Shown here piece by piece: positions 1 to 9,834 of a DNA stretch of 64,000 nucleotides. Each line of letters opens with the position of its first letter. Positions within the stretch are counted from its first letter, which is position 1. Made by a program: the position numbers and the translations under genes. This DNA is from Minisyncoccota bacterium (lineage in GTDB: Bacteria; Patescibacteriota; Microgenomatia; UBA1400; UBA12028). The notes under the pieces are model-generated. The model was not told where the DNA came from, ran no database searches, and worked only from the letters and a program-made list of their open reading frames with translations. The DNA lies in NCBI GenBank assembly GCA_016211945.1, contig JACRHV010000004.1, positions 130,649-194,648 on the forward strand, given 5' to 3'.

Positions 1-842
1 ACGTATTTTGCACATGCATGTCAGCTATCCAATAGCACAAGTCTCGATATATTTCATCTAAATTATTATCAACCTCTTGCATTGTTGATCTCACATTATT
101 CGTGGAAAACCCTTTCTTTTCCATCAATTTTATTGCAGAAACAAGCATATAGCAAGATTGAAGGAGTGAAAGCGCAAGCCCGTATCGTCCTTGTTTATAC
201 CCCTTCTCTGCAAAAAATCTTCGCATATATTCGTGAAACAGTGCATTGAGGAGCGATTGATCATCTTGCTTCTGTTCCGCTTCCAAAGAAGTATAGCGAT
301 TCATCCTGTCAATAAATTGATCAACTGTATCGTAGTTGTGATGAATAATGGCATTGTCTTCGTCTGCCTCCAATTCCATTGTCACTCCCGTAGAAATAGG
401 AAGACTATGGACAGCAGGCGGCCATGTCACGTAGTCCTTTTGGAAAAATCGAATAATATAATCCGGCCACCATCCTGTTTTTGCCCATTGGCCAAAAATC
501 ATGTTTTTTCTTGGCAGTGCATAGGCGTGCACAGTCATATCATTCGAAAGTTTTTGAAGCGTCATTGCGAGTGATGACGAAATCTCCTCATCTGCATCTA
601 ACACTAATACCCAGGGACCTTTTGCCTTTTCTATAGCCGTATTGCGAACAGGATCTGCGTACTTCACATCATCGACAGAAAGTATTTTTGCACCAAAACT
701 CTTTGCTATTTCAACCGTACGATCCTCACTCTTCATATCAACGACCAAAACTTCATTTGCCCACAGTGAAACAGAACGCAGTGCCTTTTCTACAGTGTTT
801 TCGGCATTTTTTGTATGAATGATGACTGAAATATTAGGCATA
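1..842 (-). CDS. Glycosyltransferase family 2 (5' part only; the gene runs off the window start)
   Basis: Manual translation of the minus strand from the ATG at 840-842: MPNISVIIHTKNAENTVEKAL...AKGPWVLVLDADEEISSS. It has the GT2 N-terminal fold signature, the VIIxTxN and DxD-like 'LDADEE' motifs. It is absent from the ORF track because there is no stop in the window. The start overlaps the next gene's stop by 9 nt. Confidence 0.75.
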
Positions 843-2045
843 TTTCTGTTCCCGTATAAAAAAGACTATGCAAAACACCATGGGAATAAATCGTAATGCA
901 TCTCGAAAACGTGTGAGTGGAAACATTCCAAGAAATACGTCTTTCGGGACAGCCAAGTACGGCGTCGTGTCCAAACCGAGCATGAGCATCGCAAGCGCGA
1001 ATATAACAAACTGCCTTTGAAATGAACGGAAAGGATAAAGCGTGAGCAGTGGAATATACCAAATATGAAACGGACTGGAAAACGTTTTCCCCGTGAGGAA
1101 AAGAGCAAACAGATACAGAAGTGAAGTACGCAAAAATATTGTGAATGTTTCAATGTTCGTCATATTTTTTCTTGATAGCTTTTTATATCCATAGAGAAGC
1201 ACTCCTAGAATAGCCCATGGGAATATAACATTCATCCCCTGTGTAACTTTTTTTGCCACTGGACCCACCATGGGAAAGTCCGGCCCCTGTTGCAGTCGTG
1301 ACTCAGTTTTTGTGACATCATTGATCACTTCAACGAGATATGTTCCAAACGCGCCATACTTCATAGGACGGTTTGCGTGAAACACGACAAAGACCGAAAG
1401 AGACGAACGATAGAGGACGAGCGGGAGACCCCACACAAGCACGCCACCTAAAAAACAGGCTAGAATCTCGCGTCTTAGTGAGAGTTTCTTTGTCATCAAC
1501 AGGGGTATTGCTAATGGTGCCGTCATGATTTTTATTGCAACTGAAAGCCAAAAAAGCGCCCAGGTAACAACTCTATTCAGTAATATGTTTTGTCTTTTCA
1601 AATATGCCCACATCATGGAAAGTGAGAATAATCCAAAAAATATGAGATCTATTCCTTCATACCAATAGTCTTTTGCCACAACACCCGCAAGAATATAGAA
1701 CAGTATTGCGCTCCACTGTAGTTTTGTTGAACATGGCAAACGAAAAACAGTATGGAGCACCAAAGAGAAGAGAAGTAGTTCGAAGATAAATATTTCTATT
1801 CGATAGTTCTGATAGTATTTCCCTATTCCACGCTGATCAATCTCCAACGGCAAGGAGATCAGAGGAATAACTGCGGGGGGATACTCGAATAATATCTTTC
1901 TATATGGTGTTAACCCATACCTCCATTGATTTGCGTACCGCTCGTAATCTTGTTTTACGTCTGAATAATATTGTGGCGGGTGTTGGAGTACCCAAAGCCT
2001 AAAGATCAAAAATACGATGAATAATACGATATATTTTACCTTCAT
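834..2045 (-). CDS. Polytopic membrane protein, putative GT-C fold glycosyltransferase (DUF2029/GT87-like)
   Basis: 403-aa ORF with about 10 predicted hydrophobic helices. No soluble catalytic domain. It sits inside a run of GT-C genes. The family assignment is inferred from topology only. Confidence 0.5.
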   Translation of the reverse strand: MKVKYIVLFIVFLIFRLWVLQHPPQYYSDVKQDYERYANQWRYGLTPYRKILFEYPPAVIPLISLPLEIDQRGIGKYYQNYRIEIFIFELLLFSLVLHTVFRLPCSTKLQWSAILFYILAGVVAKDYWYEGIDLIFFGLFSLSMMWAYLKRQNILLNRVVTWALFWLSVAIKIMTAPLAIPLLMTKKLSLRREILACFLGGVLVWGLPLVLYRSSLSVFVVFHANRPMKYGAFGTYLVEVINDVTKTESRLQQGPDFPMVGPVAKKVTQGMNVIFPWAILGVLLYGYKKLSRKNMTNIETFTIFLRTSLLYLFALFLTGKTFSSPFHIWYIPLLTLYPFRSFQRQFVIFALAMLMLGLDTTPYLAVPKDVFLGMFPLTRFRDALRFIPMVFCIVFFIREQKYA

Positions 2046-2062
2046 ATTTTCATTATACAGAG

Positions 2063-3625
2063 TTATAACTCCTTGTATGCATAGCCCATCTTTTGTAACA
2101 TTTCCTGTACGGATTTTCTGGACATTACGTTCTTATTAACAAAAAGGCACATGTCGGTATTGTGCTGAGTAACATACCCATACTGCTTCCATACATCATG
2201 CGGAAATAGCGCTTTTGCATCCTTTGTGGGACTACACCAACCTGCATCAACAAATGAAGGTTGGAACTGTGCATACATGCGTTCTTTTGCTAAAGAAAAA
2301 AGCGAAATAGAATCTGTTACTGGATAATCAAACACATAGTCATACGCAGAAGGTCGCTGTGCCACGAGATAGGTAAGGCTTCCCCAACCATGAACAAAAA
2401 CAGTGTCTGTTTGTTGAGACAACGCATGAATAAGTTCTCCTTTTTGAACATAGTCAAGGTAGTGTGTTGTGAACTCGTTTTCTTTCTCTACCTGTGCATA
2501 GAGAAACGATTGTGGATTGAGATAACACACACCAAACATAAGAAGAAGAATCGGGAATAGTATTCGTGTCTTTCTGTTATTCTTCCTATACTCACGTAAA
2601 CCAATGAGAGCAAAGGTGAAAATAGCCCCATACCACGGTAGTTGACGATAAGCCTCGTAAAACGCTGTTCCTGGAACAACAACTCGAACCGCAAGAAGGC
2701 CGAGAACTAAAAAAGAAAGGATGAGAACTCGACGATATTTTTGTATTGCAACCAGCGCCGTACTCACAAAAAGAATGACTCCCACAACCACCACTTGAAT
2801 AAGGCGAACATACGTTACTTTCCCAGAAAAAACGATGTATACCGGATAAAAAAAACTTTTTACTACACTCATCCAAAGACTTCCATTTTGTTTTATCTCT
2901 CCGGAAACAATGCCAGTCATGTTCAGTGAGGTCATGCTGAAAACATATGATTTCCACGGAAAAAGAGTGAGTATCAGAACCACGATAAAAAAGATCATAC
3001 TCAAAGAGAGTATTCCTTCGCGTGTTCTCCACACGTCTCGCATAATAATTCCATACATAATTAATGCAGGTGGTATATATGGTTCTCTTGAGAGTAAAAA
3101 CAGTAGTACACATGTTCCGTACAAAAGATAGTCATGATATTTCAATGGAGTGTTGTGCACCATAGAGTCCCACATTCCGGCAAAAAGTATTGCCGAAGGA
3201 TATACCAAAAGTGCTTCTGCTAAGAACAGATTGCCGAATGTATAAAACATCGTTGCAATGTGGAATGCGACAACACCCAAACCGATGTATCGAAGTTTCC
3301 AGATTGTAAGTGCGCCAAAAAAAACAAGATACATCCCAATAAAAATTCGATGAATTACTACGACTTTATACAACGTAAGTGGGCTTACCGCGTACTGAAT
3401 TATTGCGCTTACCATAGGCATAAGTGGTTGATGATTAAAAAAGATTTCACTGTATAACATCCTCCCTTGAATCATGTAATATCCGGCAACCCAATTATTA
3501 AATTCATCGACAAAACTAAACGATACTGATCTGCTGTAGGATACATAAAAAGTGAGTATTAGTAGAGCGATGCTCGTCATTAAGAAAAAGTTTTTCCGAA
3601 TGCACTGTGAAATACGTTTTACCAT
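2063..3625 (-). CDS. GT-C fold membrane glycosyltransferase (GT39/GT83-like) with C-terminal soluble domain
   Basis: 520 aa. An N-terminal TM helix is followed by a 'FVDEFNNW' acidic loop motif typical of the first extracytoplasmic loop of ArnT/PMT-type enzymes. There are multiple TM helices, then a ~130-aa hydrophilic C-terminus. Confidence 0.55.
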   Translation of the reverse strand: MVKRISQCIRKNFFLMTSIALLILTFYVSYSRSVSFSFVDEFNNWVAGYYMIQGRMLYSEIFFNHQPLMPMVSAIIQYAVSPLTLYKVVVIHRIFIGMYLVFFGALTIWKLRYIGLGVVAFHIATMFYTFGNLFLAEALLVYPSAILFAGMWDSMVHNTPLKYHDYLLYGTCVLLFLLSREPYIPPALIMYGIIMRDVWRTREGILSLSMIFFIVVLILTLFPWKSYVFSMTSLNMTGIVSGEIKQNGSLWMSVVKSFFYPVYIVFSGKVTYVRLIQVVVVGVILFVSTALVAIQKYRRVLILSFLVLGLLAVRVVVPGTAFYEAYRQLPWYGAIFTFALIGLREYRKNNRKTRILFPILLLMFGVCYLNPQSFLYAQVEKENEFTTHYLDYVQKGELIHALSQQTDTVFVHGWGSLTYLVAQRPSAYDYVFDYPVTDSISLFSLAKERMYAQFQPSFVDAGWCSPTKDAKALFPHDVWKQYGYVTQHNTDMCLFVNKNVMSRKSVQEMLQKMGYAYKEL

Positions 3626-3673
3626 TTTATTATTATGACACAGCTCGTGTGATCTTCATGGTATGCTACCATT

Positions 3674-5350
3674 ATGCGTGCTTTATGGATCGGTACTCTC
3701 GGCATTTTTTTCCTTGCACTTTTGGTTCGACTTCCGCTTTTTGGATCGATTCCAGCTGGACTGAATCGTGACGAAGCAGCGCTTGGGTACAACGCGTACA
3801 GCATCTTCAAAACTGGTAAAGATGAGTATGAAAAGGCATTTCCGCTAAGCATTACTTCATTTGGTGATCAGAAATTGCCTGGTTATGTGTATACACTCAT
3901 TCCATTTATTGCTCTTTTTGGATTGGAGACATGGGTTATCCGCATACCATCGTTTATCGCAGGAATTGCAATCATTTTTCTTCTCGGCATGATCGCAAAG
4001 CACATGAGTTATCTTTTTTTTAAACAGAAGACACATCAGCATATATTTGTGTGGTGTTCCATGTTTATTGTCGCAATAAGCCCTTGGGCAAATCATTTTT
4101 CAAGAGTAGCATACGAAGCACATCTCGCCCTTGCATTCTTTCTTGGAGGACTACTGATTTATCTCCGGGCGCGAACTTCACGAGGTTTCAAAAATACCGT
4201 ATGGTGGACTGCGTTGTTTTGGTCGGCAACGCTCCTAACATATCACAGTTATCACATCCTCATTCCACTTATGGTACTGGGATTGTTTGTCCTTGACACT
4301 GCAACAGTGTTTGCTACACGAAAAAAAATACTTCTTGCGTGTAGCCTTATCGTTTCTCTCGTTCTCACTGTCATGATGATTGGTGGAATATGGAGCGGTA
4401 ATACAAAAAAAAGTCAAGGTATTTCACCCTTTCATACAGACAGCGTGTGGAGGTCTGTGTTTACCTATAGGTCAGCAACACGAGATCTGGGAGTACTGCA
4501 AAAAGTACTGTTTAATCCCCCTGCAGAAATGGCAACACGCTTCTTGACCAATTACGCGACAACGCTCTCGGGAGGATTTTTCTTTGTTCGTGGCGGAGAA
4601 AATCCGGATCATAACCCAGGAGGAATACCAAACCTCCACCTTTTCGCACTACCATTTATCCTTATCGGAGTTGCGTCCCTTTGGGAAAAACGTACAGTAT
4701 CTGAACATAAAATTTTATTCATGTGGATTTTTGGTGCACTTGCAATACCGGCGTTTACCATACACCCAGAACACACGGTGCGATTATCCCCATTGTTTCC
4801 CACGCTTGACCTCCTTACAGGATTGGGGGTCACTCTCTGTTTCACATGGATGCGCACGAAATTTCAACAGTATGCGTATGGCATTATTTTCCTCTTTATC
4901 GTCATATGGAGCATGGGCAGGTACATGACACAATATCTCGTGCTCGCGCAAACATCCTCAGTTTCACACGAGAAATACCATCTTCTTGCCAAAGCGATAG
5001 AGAAGTACCGGACATCAATAAATGAAGTAGTGACACAGTCGCCTAGCTCATCACCATATATTTGGTATCTTGTAGAAACCCAGTACAACCCGCGCCTCCT
5101 CTGGTCGACTATTGATCGATACCCCGAAGATGCAAAATATTTCCGGCATGTCCATAAAGTTGGAAACGTAACATTTGAAAGCATTCAGTGGAATTCGCTT
5201 TTTGATCGTGTGAAACAACACCCGATCGTTCTTATTTTTGAGCCGCGAGAAACACCAGGAGAAATTCGAGAAAGTGGCAAACTTACATTTTTAGAGGCAC
5301 TGCGGGACCAGTTTGGAAATACACAGTATGAAGTATGGAGGGTGGAATGA
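3674..5350 (+). CDS. Glycosyltransferase family 39/83-like (ArnT/PMT-type) membrane protein
   Basis: 558 aa. 'RLPLFGSIPAGLNRDEAALGYNAYSIFKTGKDEYEKAFPL' is the DE loop motif of polyprenyl-phosphate-sugar dependent GT-C enzymes. It has about 11 TM segments and a ~130-aa C-terminal soluble domain. Confidence 0.65.
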   Translation: MRALWIGTLGIFFLALLVRLPLFGSIPAGLNRDEAALGYNAYSIFKTGKDEYEKAFPLSITSFGDQKLPGYVYTLIPFIALFGLETWVIRIPSFIAGIAIIFLLGMIAKHMSYLFFKQKTHQHIFVWCSMFIVAISPWANHFSRVAYEAHLALAFFLGGLLIYLRARTSRGFKNTVWWTALFWSATLLTYHSYHILIPLMVLGLFVLDTATVFATRKKILLACSLIVSLVLTVMMIGGIWSGNTKKSQGISPFHTDSVWRSVFTYRSATRDLGVLQKVLFNPPAEMATRFLTNYATTLSGGFFFVRGGENPDHNPGGIPNLHLFALPFILIGVASLWEKRTVSEHKILFMWIFGALAIPAFTIHPEHTVRLSPLFPTLDLLTGLGVTLCFTWMRTKFQQYAYGIIFLFIVIWSMGRYMTQYLVLAQTSSVSHEKYHLLAKAIEKYRTSINEVVTQSPSSSPYIWYLVETQYNPRLLWSTIDRYPEDAKYFRHVHKVGNVTFESIQWNSLFDRVKQHPIVLIFEPRETPGEIRESGKLTFLEALRDQFGNTQYEVWRVE

Positions 5351-6744
5351 AGAAAAAAGAATTGTTTATGTTCCTTTTTGTCTTCATTATATCGATGTTC
5401 ATTCGATTTTGGAGATATGAACACATCCCCTACCAAACAGACGGCGATGAAATGGCGTACGTCTTTGCCGGACAAAGTCTTGTAGAGTTTGGCGAACCTA
5501 TTTCGTGGTCAAGTTTTTCATATCCACAGTCAAGTACATATAAAAAAGTAGTTTTGGGAAACGAGAATCTACGTGCTAACGGAGAGTTCACATTGGTGCG
5601 GCCGTGGTTTGACCATCCTTACCTATTGGCGGTTATTGAGGGGTGGAACTCGGTGATTTTTGGCTATCATTTTCCGAGCATTCCACCATCGCTCGTTGTT
5701 CGCATACCGATGCTCTTTCTTGCTGGTGCAACATTGATTCTTGTTTTCGCTGTCAGCCGATTGCTTTTTGGCAAAACTCCCGCATTGTTCAGTCTTGCAC
5801 TTATGGGATTTACACCATCTATTGCCTTTGGGCAACGCATGGTTGTGGGTGAAAACCTCTTCATTCCCCTCATGCTCGCAGCACTTTACTGTGTGTTGAA
5901 AAAAACTCGTCTTGTTCTCCCCATACTACTCCTCGCCATGGCAGGTCTATCAAAAATTACCGGTCTTCTTGCAATACCCGTTACCATGCTTCCGCTTATT
6001 TTGGAGAAACGGTACAAAACTGCGGCAGTTCTATGTCTGGGATCTTTGGGTGTATTTTTTTCGCTCTATCTCTTCTATGCAGGCTTCCATGGCTGGCAAT
6101 CGTTTATGATTGTTATGCAGACACAAACACACCGACTGGTCGGTTGGGGAAATCCAGCTTTTATTCTTTCACACCCCGGTTTTCACACCTGGACGCTTTT
6201 AGACGCCGGCTATTATCTCATCCTTCTCTTTGGGCTTCAACCATTGCTTTCCCCACTCAAAAAGGAGAGAAGATGGCTTGTTCTTTCCATTATTTTCTCA
6301 GGTATTCTTGTTTGGATGACAGGTGCGGAACAGGACATGCTCGGGTGGTACAAGCTCCCCTTCTTCACTTTTCTCGCTATCTCATCCGGCATGATTATAG
6401 AGAAGGGAATTCCATCGTTTGCGGTTATCCTTGTATGGATGGCGGCGATAAATAACATCGGTCTTGTACGTTATCCTTTTCATCCTTTGCCATCAAGCGA
6501 AACGTTGCGATTTGTCGTTGGCACTCTTCTTGGAGGTTCTTTTCTTCTCTACAGTCTACCACTTTCCACAGAAAAATCGCTGAAACACACGCTACTTGTT
6601 GCCGGATTCATCTTCTATGCGGGTGTCAGTATTTATACCGTTGATCGCTTTTTTGCAGCTTCATGTGAAAGTCGACATTGTCCCACACCGCTCATGACAT
6701 TCGGACAGGTGATAAGAAATATGAGGATGCAGATACTCAAATAA
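5335..6744 (+). CDS. GT-C fold membrane glycosyltransferase (GT39-like)
   Basis: 469 aa. N-terminal TM then a 'YQTDGDEMAYVFAGQSL' DE-type loop, with many TM helices. It overlaps the upstream gene by 16 nt, so it is translationally coupled. Confidence 0.55.
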   Translation: MEGGMKKKELFMFLFVFIISMFIRFWRYEHIPYQTDGDEMAYVFAGQSLVEFGEPISWSSFSYPQSSTYKKVVLGNENLRANGEFTLVRPWFDHPYLLAVIEGWNSVIFGYHFPSIPPSLVVRIPMLFLAGATLILVFAVSRLLFGKTPALFSLALMGFTPSIAFGQRMVVGENLFIPLMLAALYCVLKKTRLVLPILLLAMAGLSKITGLLAIPVTMLPLILEKRYKTAAVLCLGSLGVFFSLYLFYAGFHGWQSFMIVMQTQTHRLVGWGNPAFILSHPGFHTWTLLDAGYYLILLFGLQPLLSPLKKERRWLVLSIIFSGILVWMTGAEQDMLGWYKLPFFTFLAISSGMIIEKGIPSFAVILVWMAAINNIGLVRYPFHPLPSSETLRFVVGTLLGGSFLLYSLPLSTEKSLKHTLLVAGFIFYAGVSIYTVDRFFAASCESRHCPTPLMTFGQVIRNMRMQILK

Positions 6745-6746
6745 CG

Positions 6747-8183
6747 TTACGTCCGTAATGTTCCCAACTCAAATAACAACTTTTTTCGTCCAACAACGAA
6801 AAGGGCTATTCCGTATGAAAGCACTCCGATAATTCCACCGGCAAACATCCAGACAAACGATCTCTCCCAATAAGAGAGCCCTAAGAGCAATATTCCTGCC
6901 ATGACTGCGCTAGCCACTCCCTGTCTCCACAACTGATCCCACGCTTCAATCTTGACAAATTTCTTTACCATCTGAATCGTGATAAAAGAGGTTCCGGCAA
7001 TCAAGGCTGACGCAACCGCAACTCCAGTGAAGGAAAAGAAGTACACACCAATTGGCGTTATGGTCCAGGTAAGTATGGTCCACATCACCATAAGTTTTAA
7101 TGTACTGTTAATCTTTCCTATCGCGTTTAAGGTGTTTGTCAGTGGAGATGATACTGCTGCAAACGCAACATTCATACAGAAAAAATAGAGAGAGGGAATG
7201 GCCGGTTGCCATTTCGCGTACTTTGGAATAATCGCAGTCATAGGGAGCGCTAATACGGAAAGCCCTACAAGCACCGGAAATATCACAAGCGTGATGAAGT
7301 AGAGTGATTTCTCTATCGCGCGTTTGAGCTTTTCCGGATGCTCTTGGAGACGAGAGAAGGTTGGGAAAGTTACAGACATAATACTGTTGACACTAAATTG
7401 ATACGGAAATAATGACCATCGCTTCGCCCAACTCACATACCCCATTTGAGTGGGATCCAAAAACCTTGCGAGAACCACAACAAACAAATCGTCTTTGATA
7501 CGCGCAAGAAAATCATTGAGTTGGAACTTCGCTCCAAATTTAAGAAGTGAGTGTAGCGAATTACGTGAAAGAGCCAATCCAATGGGCCATCGCTGAATCG
7601 CATATATCACGGCCACACCCACAATACTACGAGCTAATACCGCATACGTATAGCTTCGCACCCCAAATCCCTGAGCCGCTAACACTACCGCTATTCCATA
7701 AAACAGGACATTCTCAATAATTTGCGGAAACACCAATTTGCTAAACTCTAGCTTTCTCTCCAATAAAATCGATGGAATAGTTTTGAGTGATGCGAGAACA
7801 AATGAGAAGCCTAATGCATACAAAAGCATCAATCCGTCACCGGAAATACCTTTCTGCATCCTCCAAATTGGCGTGAGTGCAATGGTGAGACCAAAAATAA
7901 CGAATGCTAATCCTTGTTGAACGGTGAATGTTGTACGCAAGTCATCAATGGTCGGCTGATCTTTTTTCTGCACAAGCGCAGCCGCCAGCCCAACATCAGA
8001 TAAAAATGTCAGTAAACTTACTGCTGAGGTCACGATAAAATAAATGCCAAAATCTGCGGGTGTAAGATAATATCCCAACAGGACTGTTGCTACAAAACCA
8101 ACCGCCTGCAACGCAAGTGTGCGAAACGCGTAGCTGATAACTCCCCGAACCGACTTACGCCGGACGTCGTTGGTGTCGATCAT
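6747..8183 (-). CDS. wzx: Polysaccharide/oligosaccharide flippase (Wzx/MOP superfamily, 'polysaccharide biosynthesis protein')
   Basis: 478 aa, about 12-14 TM. The N-terminus 'VRGVISYAFRTLALQAVGFVATVLLGYYLTPADFGIYFIVTSAVSLLTFLSDVGLAAALVQKK' is the canonical Wzx/RfbX N-terminal signature. Confidence 0.8.
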   Translation of the reverse strand: MIDTNDVRRKSVRGVISYAFRTLALQAVGFVATVLLGYYLTPADFGIYFIVTSAVSLLTFLSDVGLAAALVQKKDQPTIDDLRTTFTVQQGLAFVIFGLTIALTPIWRMQKGISGDGLMLLYALGFSFVLASLKTIPSILLERKLEFSKLVFPQIIENVLFYGIAVVLAAQGFGVRSYTYAVLARSIVGVAVIYAIQRWPIGLALSRNSLHSLLKFGAKFQLNDFLARIKDDLFVVVLARFLDPTQMGYVSWAKRWSLFPYQFSVNSIMSVTFPTFSRLQEHPEKLKRAIEKSLYFITLVIFPVLVGLSVLALPMTAIIPKYAKWQPAIPSLYFFCMNVAFAAVSSPLTNTLNAIGKINSTLKLMVMWTILTWTITPIGVYFFSFTGVAVASALIAGTSFITIQMVKKFVKIEAWDQLWRQGVASAVMAGILLLGLSYWERSFVWMFAGGIIGVLSYGIALFVVGRKKLLFELGTLRT

Positions 8184-9816
8184 AAAATAGCACGCCTCCT
8201 ATAATAAACAAACTCATCGTAGAAAGTACATTCGACCACATACGCAAAGGTGTGTCCTCAAATTTTACACTTATGACATGATCACCCTCTTCTAACGGAA
8301 CTTCGATAAATCCCGATTTCTCCTGAACCTGGAAAGATATCTTTTTCCCATTGTCATAGACCGTCCACCGAGGGAACCATGCAACGCGAACCAGAAGATT
8401 TCCGGTATTTTGTAGTTTGAATCGCAACAGTTTTTCATGTGTGCGGTCAACCAGCACTTCCAGTGGTAGTCCCTCTTGTTCCTTCACCTCAAACTGCCGT
8501 TGAAATGGCTTTTGTATCTCACTCATGCCGACTGGAATATAGTCCGGCAATATTTCACTCATCTGAGACTGAATCAATTTTGGATCTTCGTAGTACATAG
8601 ACCGAGGATCCTCCAATAAATTCACTGGTTGGAAAAGCGAAAGATTTACTCCAAGTAACAGCGCGACCGAAATGAACGCTATTGTAATTCTTTGCCACTG
8701 TTTGATCCCAACCATAACGACCGCTCCTGATAATACAGGAAGAAAAACTGTAGAAACCGAGAGAAATCTCCATGGAAACTGAAAATACTGAAATAACGAA
8801 ATTTTGTCCCAAAGAAACTGACTTTTAAAAATCGTCATGAAAAGAGCGAATAGCGTGATGGCAGCAAAGTACGAGAAGAAAAGTTTTATGTTTACTTGTT
8901 GTGACCTCAAAAATAGTGCTATAAATCCAATCAATGTTAAAACGATATGTACTGTCCCCAACTGAAATGACAGTCCATCTTCTGGTCCCAAAATCGATCC
9001 TCCATACCCCCAAATTCCCGTAAATAACTGGCGAATATACAAGAAGTGGAAAGTGTATGCGCCATATCCACCAATAAGTTTGTCAACTTGTGTGTATCCC
9101 TTTTCGAAAAATGAGGGAAGAATATAAAAAGAAGCTGCTCCAATTCCGAGTAATAGAGAGAGATGCATCTTTGTCCAGTACAGTATTTTCTTTTTTCCAA
9201 AAAAACCAAGGAGTAGTCCACATCCGTAGATGATTGGACTAAACATCATGGTCATTAAATTGTGTGAGGTAAAAAAGAGAAATAAAAGCGCTGAAGTTCC
9301 TGCAGTCCATTTCCATGATAACGTTTCCCTCAATCGAATAAAACCATACATTATCCAAGGAACCAAGGTTATGGCGAAAAGTTCATTGAACGCTCCGCGG
9401 ACAAAGACATCAACAGCTCTATATGGAATAAGGAGAAATGCTGTTGCCGCCACAACACCACCGAGCTTCCCCATATAGCGAGAACTGAGCAGATACATCC
9501 CCCAATATCCCCCCATGAACATCGCAAAAAGGAGTAGTTTTATACTCACAAGACTGGAAAATCCTAAAAGATAGAACCCTTCAGCTAGATAGAACGGCAT
9601 TGGACCGTAAAAACTGAAAAGAGGCATTCCGTACCCAAATCCCAAGTCCTTCACCCAACGCACCGGGAAATGACCATCGGCGATTGCCCGATCCATTTCC
9701 ACCAATCGGGCGACGTGAGTAAAATCGTGGACGGGGAAAAAAGTTGAGTTCACCAATGGTCGAAGCGTAAGAAGTGTGAGAAGCAGACCGAGTATCCACA
9801 CACCAAAGTGTTTCAT
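8155..9816 (-). CDS. Large polytopic membrane protein with C-terminal extracytoplasmic domain, GT-C-like (COG5617/PTPS-related-like)
   Basis: 553 aa. The N-terminal 'FFPVHDFTHVARLVEMDRAIADGHFPVRWVKDLGFGYGMPLFSFYGP' loop follows TM1. Then there are more than 10 TM helices and a ~170-aa soluble C-terminus. The family assignment is tentative. Confidence 0.45.
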   Translation of the reverse strand: MKHFGVWILGLLLTLLTLRPLVNSTFFPVHDFTHVARLVEMDRAIADGHFPVRWVKDLGFGYGMPLFSFYGPMPFYLAEGFYLLGFSSLVSIKLLLFAMFMGGYWGMYLLSSRYMGKLGGVVAATAFLLIPYRAVDVFVRGAFNELFAITLVPWIMYGFIRLRETLSWKWTAGTSALLFLFFTSHNLMTMMFSPIIYGCGLLLGFFGKKKILYWTKMHLSLLLGIGAASFYILPSFFEKGYTQVDKLIGGYGAYTFHFLYIRQLFTGIWGYGGSILGPEDGLSFQLGTVHIVLTLIGFIALFLRSQQVNIKLFFSYFAAITLFALFMTIFKSQFLWDKISLFQYFQFPWRFLSVSTVFLPVLSGAVVMVGIKQWQRITIAFISVALLLGVNLSLFQPVNLLEDPRSMYYEDPKLIQSQMSEILPDYIPVGMSEIQKPFQRQFEVKEQEGLPLEVLVDRTHEKLLRFKLQNTGNLLVRVAWFPRWTVYDNGKKISFQVQEKSGFIEVPLEEGDHVISVKFEDTPLRMWSNVLSTMSLFIIGGVLFYDRHQRRPA

Positions 9817-9834
9817 ACTTTCATTCTACCTGAG

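Noticed and set aside
2592-3113. 173-aa antisense ORF inside the GT-C gene (plus several similar 60-120-aa ORFs, e.g. 191-574, 27492-27815, 28590-28994, 31447-31821, 39304-39639, 54224-54784, 56099-56987)
   Set aside because: All are embedded in, or antisense to, strongly supported genes. They have low-complexity or Cys/Arg-rich translations with no motifs and no RBS context. They are typical shadow ORFs.
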